This document shows, one piece after another, positions 1 to 6,215 of a stretch of 45,280 nt of DNA. The stretch lies in the IMG/VR virus record IMGVR_UViG_3300027656_000001, positions 1 through 45,280 of that record. The stretch is one strand, 5' to 3'. The first letter of the stretch is position 1; every line of letters begins with the position of its first letter. The notes below the pieces were generated by a model that saw only the letters and a program-made list of their open reading frames with translations, searched no databases and had not been told where the DNA came from. Both the position numbers and the translations under genes were made by a program. This DNA is from a virus (lineage: Duplodnaviria > Caudoviricetes).

Positions 1-99
1 CCCGCCAGCTCTCTGTCTGGCAAAGCCCCCTTGGAGAGGTGCAGCTCCATCTGACCGATCCCTATGGCCACATCAACGGTGTGGTGTCCCTTTCCACTG
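1..99. repeat. 99-bp exact end overlap (copy 1), circular-assembly overlap
   Basis: 1..99 is identical to 45182..45280, and one ORF reads straight through the junction. Confidence 0.95.
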
Positions 100-320
100 A
101 CGAGTGCCAGGCCCTGAGCCAGGTGCTTGCCTCCTACCTACCTATCACTGTGGTCGACGTCAAGGCCGAAGAGGTGGCGACCGACTGGGAAGCCCTGACC
201 AAGGCTGAGATTGTGGCCACGGTTGAGGAGCGGTTTGATGCTCACCTGGATATCGATGCCCGTAAGTCGGTGCTGATCGCTGCCGCAGAGGACCTCGAAT
301 CCCAGGCCAATGACGCCTGA
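1..320 (+). CDS. Right-end hypothetical protein, 3' part (true start ATG 45169, spans the junction); C-terminal Rho_N/HeH-like motif
   Basis: ATG 45169 (MTQITRQLSVWQSPLGEVQLH) is in frame with ORF 39..320; C-terminus WEALTKAEIV...LDIDARKSVLI resembles helix-extension-helix nucleic-acid-binding motifs. Confidence 0.7.
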   Translation, partial: RQLSVWQSPLGEVQLHLTDPYGHINGVVSLSTDECQALSQVLASYLPITVVDVKAEEVATDWEALTKAEIVATVEERFDAHLDIDARKSVLIAAAEDLESQANDA

Positions 321-435
321 GCAGGCACGGAAGGTCCTAGCAGCTGCGCCGACTGGATCGGTCTATGCCGAGATGGCCCGGAAGGTGCTGGAGAAGGCTG
401 GAGGCGGGGGTCTCAGGGTCCCCGAAAAGTTTTAG
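310..435 (+). CDS. Small hypothetical protein (41 aa, MTPEQARKVLAAAPTGSVYAEMARKVL...)
   Basis: Hand-translated; overlaps the upstream stop; late-gene-like G-rich codons. Confidence 0.6.
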   Translation: MTPEQARKVLAAAPTGSVYAEMARKVLEKAGGGGLRVPEKF

Positions 436-830
436 TAGAAAAATCCGTGGGGGGTACGCCTAGTGGTGGCTGGCCAAAAACCCCCCATGGCCCCCTTCTT
501 TTTGAAAATGATTGTTATTCTCGCCGCCGGGGCCGCATCACAAGCCTCATCCTGTCCAACCAGGCGCTTATCCTGTCCAATCAAGTCAGCCGCGCCCACA
601 ACCCCTTGCTATCACTGGGTTGGCCAGCCTCGCGTACCTGCTGAATAGACAGTGATGCAGGGTTTGATCAGGGTTAATGCGACAGAGTGTTGCAGGTTAA
701 GGTTAGATGATCAGCATATGGTATCTATTCGCGTGTGTTCTCATTATTGTGATCTGTGCGTTTTTCTCAACAAGCACCCCTTATTGAGAATGTTAAGAGA
801 TGTAGGGGATTCTTCAGCCTGACCTGGCTG
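436..830. other. Probable physical genome-end / terminal-repeat region (non-coding)
   Basis: Longest gene-free stretch, between right-end genes and early genes; homopolymer runs; ATCCTGTCCAA direct repeat at 549 and 570; composition switches from G-rich to C/A-rich. Confidence 0.55.
504..522 (+). promoter_or_regulatory. Fur-box-like site GAAAATGATTGTTATTCTC
   Basis: 14/19 match to GATAATGATAATCATTATC. Confidence 0.35.
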
Positions 831-866
831 ACCAGTATGGTTACCTCAGTTCAACCAGCCAACGCC

Positions 867-1190
867 ATGAACCGCCCCACCGCAGCTGAGCCCCTCGCAA
901 GCCACGAGACCGCAATCCTCGCGTTCCTGCATCGCCGTCCATTCTCTCGCCAGTTTGAAATAAGCGACGCGCTGAAGCTCCCCGGAGACCACAACAACTG
1001 GCTCACATTTACCGGACTGCGCAGCCTGCAGGCCCGTGGACTTGTCACCCTTGAACTCGTGCCCTGTCCCACCGGCAAAAGCAAACTTAAGATCTGGAGC
1101 CCAACCGACCCACAACCCACCCGCGTCACCCGCGCTTCCCACCGCAACCGCGATAGCCTTCGCCGGCTCTTCTCATTGTTTGGATTCTGA
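867..1190 (+). CDS. Early protein, winged-helix DNA-binding-like
   Basis: ILAFLHRRP-SRQFEISDAL...LRSLQARGLVT fits a MarR/ArsR-like wHTH pattern; ATG 867 preferred. Confidence 0.55.
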   Translation: MNRPTAAEPLASHETAILAFLHRRPFSRQFEISDALKLPGDHNNWLTFTGLRSLQARGLVTLELVPCPTGKSKLKIWSPTDPQPTRVTRASHRNRDSLRRLFSLFGF

Positions 1191-1196
1191 CCTAAT

Positions 1197-1216
1197 CACC
1201 ACACCACACCACACCA
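1197..1216 (+). repeat. Intergenic tandem repeat (CACCA)4
   Basis: Read directly; runs into a CCACAAGCC motif. Confidence 0.85.
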
Positions 1217-1244
1217 CAAGCCAAACCCACCCCCCACAAACACC

Positions 1245-1910
1245 GTGAACACCTCAACACGCGCCAGCTACGCCAACGCTGACCAATGCCATGTCAGCAC
1301 GGCCAGAACGCCTCTGATGCGATCCTATGGTCTCGTTTTGCCGCTCGCCCCGCCGGTGTCATACCGCCTGCGGTGGGACACACACCCTGATGAGCACTGT
1401 GAAGCTATTGCCGCTGAATACCAATGGGCCCTAGATAATGAAGACGCACGTCTGGCCGTCACAGCCCAGTTACGCACTGATGCCCGCAACTGGTTACAAG
1501 CTGAATTGTCCAAGATCACAAGCCTAGGATTCTGGCCCGTATTCACCAATACGGAGAGCTCCCTAGCTGAAGCACTCGCAGCATTCAACCAGCCCCATAG
1601 TCCCAACGCCCTAGTTCAAGTCCCCATCACCAACCTGCACAACGACCCACACCTCGTTTGGACACCCCTTGAAAATCTTCTCTTTCGATTCGTGCACGAC
1701 TATCACCACTGGCTCATTGGTGCCGATGCCACCTTTAACGGAGAGCTCGCAGTTACGCGCCACATACTGATCCCAGCACTACGGCAAAACGACGCCCTTG
1801 CCCGCTTTCTCGCCTCTGAAATCATTGGACAAGCAGCAACCACCATAGCATCTTCAACCGGAGCTTTCCCGGTTCAAATCATCGCCCGTGACATCCTCAC
1901 CCTCATCTAA
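1245..1910 (+). CDS. Early hypothetical protein with His-rich putative metal-binding motif
   Basis: 221-aa ORF; NLLFRFVHDYHH...F.GE.A...SEIIGQ pattern. Confidence 0.7.
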   Translation: MNTSTRASYANADQCHVSTARTPLMRSYGLVLPLAPPVSYRLRWDTHPDEHCEAIAAEYQWALDNEDARLAVTAQLRTDARNWLQAELSKITSLGFWPVFTNTESSLAEALAAFNQPHSPNALVQVPITNLHNDPHLVWTPLENLLFRFVHDYHHWLIGADATFNGELAVTRHILIPALRQNDALARFLASEIIGQAATTIASSTGAFPVQIIARDILTLI

Positions 1911-1923
1911 TCCAATGAATCAA

Positions 1924-1955
1924 ACCCACACACCCACACACCCACACACCCACAC
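1924..1955 (+). repeat. Tandem repeat (ACCCACAC)4
   Basis: Four perfect 8-mers starting 9 nt after ATG 1915. Confidence 0.9.
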
Positions 1956-1979
1956 GATACCATTCTAGCAGCGGGAAAA

Positions 1980-2141
1980 ATGACAATCGATGAACTACGT
2001 TTAGAAAAGATTGACTTACAGCTAGCCATAGATAAATTAGTTGTATCATTCAATCGCCGCCACCCTTCCACTAGAGTGGCGTTGCCTATTAATTACATTT
2101 GGGGCGAACCTCAAGTCACTGTAACCCTCTCCTTGCCATGA
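1980..2141 (+). CDS. Small hypothetical protein (53 aa, MTIDELRLEKIDLQLAIDKL...)
   Basis: Hand-translated; stop overlaps the next ATG (ATGA). Confidence 0.6.
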   Translation: MTIDELRLEKIDLQLAIDKLVVSFNRRHPSTRVALPINYIWGEPQVTVTLSLP

Positions 2142-2764
2142 TTCGCCAACCACTCACAAGCCGAACAACAAGCATCATCGGCACTTACCACCAGGCCAAC
2201 CTTGACGACATCGTCCATGGAAGTGATTGGTACCCATCAGCACACCGAACCGCTATCGCATTATCAGGCCCATTTAAGTGTGGCGTCATCACCTCTGCCG
2301 GTGTCATTGCCGCACTCAGCCCCAACAACAAATGGAAGCGCAACTTGATAGACGCGCAGCGCCTACTAAACGCATACATGCTTGACGGAGCCCACGCGGC
2401 CTCTCAGATTGGAGTCTGCACCTTTGACAACAACAAGGCGAAAGCCCTAGCCATTCTCAAGTTGCAATCCCCCACCGTTGACGACGTGGCAACCGTGCTA
2501 AACGGCCTAAAGATCAGCGCTTTCTATCGCTGCATCCTGGGGGACTCGCAAACCGTCTGCGTCGATGGTCACGCCTATTCCATCTGGATTGGACACCGCG
2601 TCACTACCTATAAAACCCCCAAAATTAGCCCCCGCCTATACGAACAGATCAGCGCGGATTATCGAGCAGCTGCCCGGATCGTATCAACCACCAGCCGACC
2701 CGTAACCCCTGCAGAGCTTCAGGCAATCACATGGCTCACCCATAGACGGATCAGCGCTAGGTGA
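2138..2764 (+). CDS. Conserved-looking phage early protein, possibly HhH-glycosylase-like fold
   Basis: Motifs WY..AH, AGVIAALSPNNKW, KISAFY, VCVDGHA, LQAITW. Confidence 0.7.
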   Translation: MIRQPLTSRTTSIIGTYHQANLDDIVHGSDWYPSAHRTAIALSGPFKCGVITSAGVIAALSPNNKWKRNLIDAQRLLNAYMLDGAHAASQIGVCTFDNNKAKALAILKLQSPTVDDVATVLNGLKISAFYRCILGDSQTVCVDGHAYSIWIGHRVTTYKTPKISPRLYEQISADYRAAARIVSTTSRPVTPAELQAITWLTHRRISAR

Positions 2765-2940
2765 CCCGATACTACCTGATCAACCTCTCACAGCTTGACA
2801 AACAGCTCCAAGCATGGAGAGAATCGATCTGGGCACAGCGCCTAGCTACAGAGTCTGACCGACTAGGCAGGCCATCAGGTCTTAGCCCCCCTGAAACACC
2901 CCCATCACATGAGCCCAAACATTCTGGCCTGCCTTTCTAA
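2761..2940 (+). CDS. Small hypothetical protein (59 aa)
   Basis: GTGA start/stop overlap with the upstream gene; open to TAA 2940. Confidence 0.4.
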   Translation: MTRYYLINLSQLDKQLQAWRESIWAQRLATESDRLGRPSGLSPPETPPSHEPKHSGLPF

Positions 2941-2968
2941 GGTAGGCCCTTTCTTTGCCCCATCGCCT

Positions 2969-2987
2969 GAGAATGATAATCATAAGC
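2969..2987 (+). promoter_or_regulatory. Fur-box-like site GAGAATGATAATCATAAGC
   Basis: 16/19 match to the Fur consensus; intergenic, upstream of a host-type promoter. Confidence 0.45.
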
Positions 2988-3033
2988 ATTCAACCCACCA
3001 GACCACCAGGGGGGGGGGTCCCTCTAGAAAAAA

Positions 3034-3089
3034 TCACAAGCCGACTGGGGCCCGGACGATTCAAAAGCTGTCACAAACCGACTGGGGCC
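3034..3089 (+). repeat. 19-bp direct repeat TCACAA(G/A)CCGACTGGGGCC
   Basis: Copies at 3034..3052 and 3071..3089 with one mismatch; preceded by G10 at 3009..3018. Confidence 0.85.
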
Positions 3090-3110
3090 TGGGCAAATGC
3101 CTCGATCCTG

Positions 3111-3119
3111 TGCTACCAT
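3111..3119 (+). promoter_or_regulatory. Host sigma70 extended -10 (TGnTACCAT)
   Basis: TGCTACCAT, 28 nt upstream of ATG 3147. Confidence 0.55.
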
Positions 3120-3146
3120 TAAGAGGTCCCACAGACATCACGGCTC

Positions 3147-3566
3147 ATGGCCACTCCCAAGCTAAAGCTCCACTCCCTTTCCGATGAGCGTCCTGCCCCC
3201 GACGCCTGCACGGAACTGCTTACATTCGTACAAAGTAAGGACGCTTCCTTATCTTGCGTCGGTTTCAAACGGATTAACAGCGATTACATCCAATGTCGAA
3301 GCATACACGACTCTAATCGTTTCTATGTATCAACAAATGAGATAGCTGCTTTTCTCACTACACACAACCTAGTAGAGCTGCCCGTATCCAAAGAACAGCG
3401 GGTCTACCATAATACCTTAACAGCCTGGATCGCTGCCCTCGACTCTCGCACCTGCAATACGCCCTACTACCACTCCTTGCGGAAAGCCTTCTTCAAGTTC
3501 CACGTCGAACAAGCAGGCTATACCTTCTCAGACGCTCTGTATACCAACTGCTGCTGCGGCTTCTAA
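3147..3566 (+). CDS. Early hypothetical protein, tandem paralog A
   Basis: 139 aa; shares its N-terminus and internal blocks with 3601..4020. Confidence 0.8.
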   Translation: MATPKLKLHSLSDERPAPDACTELLTFVQSKDASLSCVGFKRINSDYIQCRSIHDSNRFYVSTNEIAAFLTTHNLVELPVSKEQRVYHNTLTAWIAALDSRTCNTPYYHSLRKAFFKFHVEQAGYTFSDALYTNCCCGF

Positions 3567-3600
3567 ACTCCTCACAAGCCATCCCACTGCATCTATCTCC

Positions 3601-4020
3601 ATGACCACTCCAAAGCTAAAGCTCCACTCCCTTTCCGATGATCGTCCTTCTCCTTACCCCATCCGAACCCTGATAGTATTCCGGCAATTTGATTGTGATA
3701 ATTTAGCCAGCCACCCCAGTGCCCACTCATCCGACAGCGATTACATCCAAAAGAAAGCATCTAATGACAATAGGCGGCTCTATGTCGATGCAAACGACGC
3801 GGCTAAGTTTCTCAACGACCACAATCTACTAAAGCTGCCCGAAAAACCCAATCCCGCACGCGAAGCATACACAGCAGCCAAAGGCGCATGGCAACGCGCA
3901 TGCATAAGTTATCTCGCTCCCGGACACACATATTATGCAATCAAAAAGCTCTTTATCAGCCACGAACTGCTAAAGGCAGGCTACACCATCTCTGACACGC
4001 TCTACGATCAATACTGCTGA
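3601..4020 (+). CDS. Early hypothetical protein, tandem paralog B
   Basis: 139 aa; TPKLKLHSLSD, SDYIQ, FL..HNL and AGYT.SD.LY shared with paralog A. Confidence 0.8.
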   Translation: MTTPKLKLHSLSDDRPSPYPIRTLIVFRQFDCDNLASHPSAHSSDSDYIQKKASNDNRRLYVDANDAAKFLNDHNLLKLPEKPNPAREAYTAAKGAWQRACISYLAPGHTYYAIKKLFISHELLKAGYTISDTLYDQYC

Positions 4021-4056
4021 AGCCCTTCCCATTTGGTCCCACTCACAAGCCTTCTT

Positions 4057-4293
4057 ATGAGCCCCTGCGAGATTAAAGTTCTACTACTCATCTATGTATC
4101 ACCTCATATCCTATTTCACAACAGCCCAGCCCACTGTGAGGCCCTTGAAAAGTTAGAAAACCTCGGTGCCATTGAGCGTTGTGCCGGTCAACTATGGCAA
4201 CTCACTGCCTTAGGGGATGCCTGGGTGCGCGCCCTCTGTAACGTAAATTGTCCCACCATCGCCTACCTCGACAGCAACGGTAACCCTCTATGA
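4057..4293 (+). CDS. Hypothetical protein (wHTH-like ending LENLGAIER...WQLTALG)
   Basis: ATG 4057 after the motif; coupled to the next ORF. Confidence 0.6.
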   Translation: MSPCEIKVLLLIYVSPHILFHNSPAHCEALEKLENLGAIERCAGQLWQLTALGDAWVRALCNVNCPTIAYLDSNGNPL

Positions 4294-4442
4294 CCCAGCC
4301 CCAAACCATCCAACGTCCCCTACCTGACTTCCTCGAAGACCTCCAACACGCCTACCCCGTGCTACTATCCTCAGGTCCCGACATCGGTGACACCGAGCCT
4401 GAGCCTTCAATCGACATCTTCCAACCCAACGACGTCTACTGA
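4290..4442 (+). CDS. Small acidic hypothetical protein (50 aa)
   Basis: Hand-translated; ATGA and TGATG overlaps on both sides. Confidence 0.55.
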   Translation: MTQPQTIQRPLPDFLEDLQHAYPVLLSSGPDIGDTEPEPSIDIFQPNDVY

Positions 4443-4678
4443 TGCCTGCCTCCGCCTTGGACACCTCCTCTGTCAACCCCATCATCCAAAAAGCTCGATG
4501 GATTGCTGCCAAAATCAAGGCCGCAGGTCAACGTGGCCTGTCTGATGAAGAGAAGATCTTCATTGCCCAACTCTCCTACCGCGCCAATGTCAAGAACGAC
4601 ACGACCGCCAAGCAGCTGGTCAAGAACATCCAAACCGCTCACCTCGAGTTCCAGCTAACCCTGAATGCCGCCAAATGA
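4442..4678 (+). CDS. Hypothetical protein
   Basis: ORF coupled on both sides. Confidence 0.65.
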   Translation: MPASALDTSSVNPIIQKARWIAAKIKAAGQRGLSDEEKIFIAQLSYRANVKNDTTAKQLVKNIQTAHLEFQLTLNAAK

Positions 4679-4998
4679 GCATCGCCTTGGAAAACATGGT
4701 CGACCCTGAAGCCTACGATAAGCTGATCTACAAGGCACTCCACAGTGTCGTAGATCGGGTCATCGAGCTGGGAGCCAAGGCCGACACCTCTGAGGAAAAC
4801 GACAGCCTCCCAGCTGACCCTGAAGATCCAGACTCAGAAGCCACAGGTTTCATCAATGTCCTTCGCTCACAAGCCAACTTCACCCCGGCCGAACGGGCCG
4901 AGTTTCAATCCACTGGAGCCGTCCTCAACCTGCTCATCAACGTGGCTGTCTCTCGCCGCTCAGGTCTGTACATCATCGAAGAGGAAATCAACCCATGA
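4675..4998 (+). CDS. Acidic hypothetical protein
   Basis: ORF with ATGA overlaps. Confidence 0.7.
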   Translation: MSIALENMVDPEAYDKLIYKALHSVVDRVIELGAKADTSEENDSLPADPEDPDSEATGFINVLRSQANFTPAERAEFQSTGAVLNLLINVAVSRRSGLYIIEEEINP

Positions 4999-5396
4999 CT
5001 GACACCTTCCGCGCCCTGTACACTGAGCGGGTAATGCACTTTCGTGGTGTGCCTTTGATACCACCGCTAGACTGCACAGATCCGCAGTCGTGGATTGCTG
5101 AGCAGATCTACCAGATGGGCGCCGCCCAAGCCCAGCCCCAGCCCGAGCCGGTGGCTCCAGTGGCGCCGACTGATGAGGAATGGGACGAACTGTGGGACGA
5201 AAAAGCGGAGTATTTCGCTTTATACGCGGAGGCGAGACGATTCGGTCGCGCCGCCTACGCCGCCGGCCGCCCCAAGTCGCCGAGCTTGAAGGAGCAGGCG
5301 CTTGCCAGGCTGGCAGAACTAGAGAGCGACGAGCCTCGTTACGGGGCTGGAATTGCCACCATCCGCCGCGCCCTGGAGGCCCTGCCCAATGACTGA
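4995..5396 (+). CDS. Modular hypothetical protein (MTDTFRAL...PTDEEW...PSLKEQAL...TIRRALEALP)
   Basis: ORF; G-ending codons more frequent than in neighbours; flanked by 25-bp repeats. Confidence 0.7.
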   Translation: MTDTFRALYTERVMHFRGVPLIPPLDCTDPQSWIAEQIYQMGAAQAQPQPEPVAPVAPTDEEWDELWDEKAEYFALYAEARRFGRAAYAAGRPKSPSLKEQALARLAELESDEPRYGAGIATIRRALEALPND

Positions 5397-5413
5397 CACC
5401 TTCCGCGCCCTGT
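4995..5413 (+). repeat. 25-bp exact direct repeat ATGACTGACACCTTCCGCGCCCTGT
   Basis: 4995..5019 and 5389..5413, each beginning at a start codon. Confidence 0.9.
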
Positions 5414-5514
5414 GCGCTGAGCTGATTGCCCTTTTGGACTGCTTCGGGTCCACATTCAACATTCCTATCGAAGCGATCCGATCAACTAATCTATGCTATA
5501 GTGGGGTGGCATGA
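5389..5514 (+). CDS. Short ORF MTDTFRALCAELI... (41 aa), possibly a truncated remnant
   Basis: Hand-translated; same N-terminus as the 4995 gene; ATGA overlap with 5511. Confidence 0.5.
   Translation: MTDTFRALCAELIALLDCFGSTFNIPIEAIRSTNLCYSGVA
5494..5502 (+). promoter_or_regulatory. Possible host extended -10 (TGnTATAGT)
   Basis: TGCTATAGT, 8 nt upstream of ATG 5511. Confidence 0.35.
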
Positions 5515-5633
5515 TCATCGCTATCATTGTTCCCTTATTTTTACTTGGGATCTACGGTGCTGTCGGGTTGGCATTGTCCCCTGGAAGCCGTTTTGGGCCA
5601 CCTCCCAGCCCTCCTAGTGACACCAGCAGCTAA
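5511..5633 (+). CDS. Small single-TM peptide (40 aa)
   Basis: MIIAIIVPLFLLGIYGAVGLAL followed by a Pro/Ser tail. Confidence 0.5.
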   Translation: MIIAIIVPLFLLGIYGAVGLALSPGSRFGPPPSPPSDTSS

Positions 5634-5635
5634 TT

Positions 5636-5884
5636 ATGAACCACTCCCTCCCGCCTCCTCCGTCCCCCACGGAACTCTCCATCCTCGCCGCAGCCACAAG
5701 CCTCTGCCTAGTCCTCGATGGTCAGCTACCCCGTGACTTCCCTGCGGTCCAGGCTGCAGCCGATCGGGCCCTGGTCTCCGTTGGTTTGCCTCCCATCCAC
5801 CCCTCCACTGTCTTGCCAATCTGGACCACAGCCACTAAACTGATCCAGGACCCAGAGATCTGCCCCCTGCTCTTGAATCCATGA
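5636..5884 (+). CDS. Hypothetical protein
   Basis: ORF in the operon chain. Confidence 0.55.
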   Translation: MNHSLPPPPSPTELSILAAATSLCLVLDGQLPRDFPAVQAAADRALVSVGLPPIHPSTVLPIWTTATKLIQDPEICPLLLNP

Positions 5885-6078
5885 ATCCTGATTTCCCCAT
5901 CAAGCCACCGCTTGGCCTACGTCCTCGGATCGTTGCCGACCATATCCGGGCTATGGAGGTCCACGAAGCCTTAGGACGCGCTTTAGCACCCCGTGTCGGC
6001 GGCGGCCTCCAATACATCCCACTTGAATGGGTCGAAGAACTCATTGAGCTCATCACCCGCCACCAATCCAAATCATGA
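5881..6078 (+). CDS. Hypothetical protein (KPPLGLRPR...IPLEWVEEL)
   Basis: ORF with ATGA overlaps. Confidence 0.7.
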   Translation: MNPDFPIKPPLGLRPRIVADHIRAMEVHEALGRALAPRVGGGLQYIPLEWVEELIELITRHQSKS

Positions 6079-6215
6079 TCACCCCCTCTGAACTTATAAT
6101 CTCTGTCGCCTACTCAACTGCTGCTGGCATTGCTTTAGGTGCAGGAACGTTTTGGCCTTCTGTAGTGATAGTTTCTCTACAGGTCGCATTTATTACTCTG
6201 ACCCTGACTACCTGA
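6075..6215 (+). CDS. Small hydrophobic membrane protein (46 aa)
   Basis: Hand-translated; exactly fills the gap up to the RNAP ATG. Confidence 0.5.
   Translation: MITPSELIISVAYSTAAGIALGAGTFWPSVVIVSLQVAFITLTLTT

Noticed and set aside
2909-3187. 92-aa ORF over the early control region (likewise 447..648)
   Set aside because: Crosses homopolymers, repeats and promoter motifs; more plausibly non-coding.
5511-5633. PsbN or another photosynthesis auxiliary gene
   Set aside because: Only a TM plus FGPP resemblance, without the DPF..H tail; no psbA or hli motifs seen in the genome.
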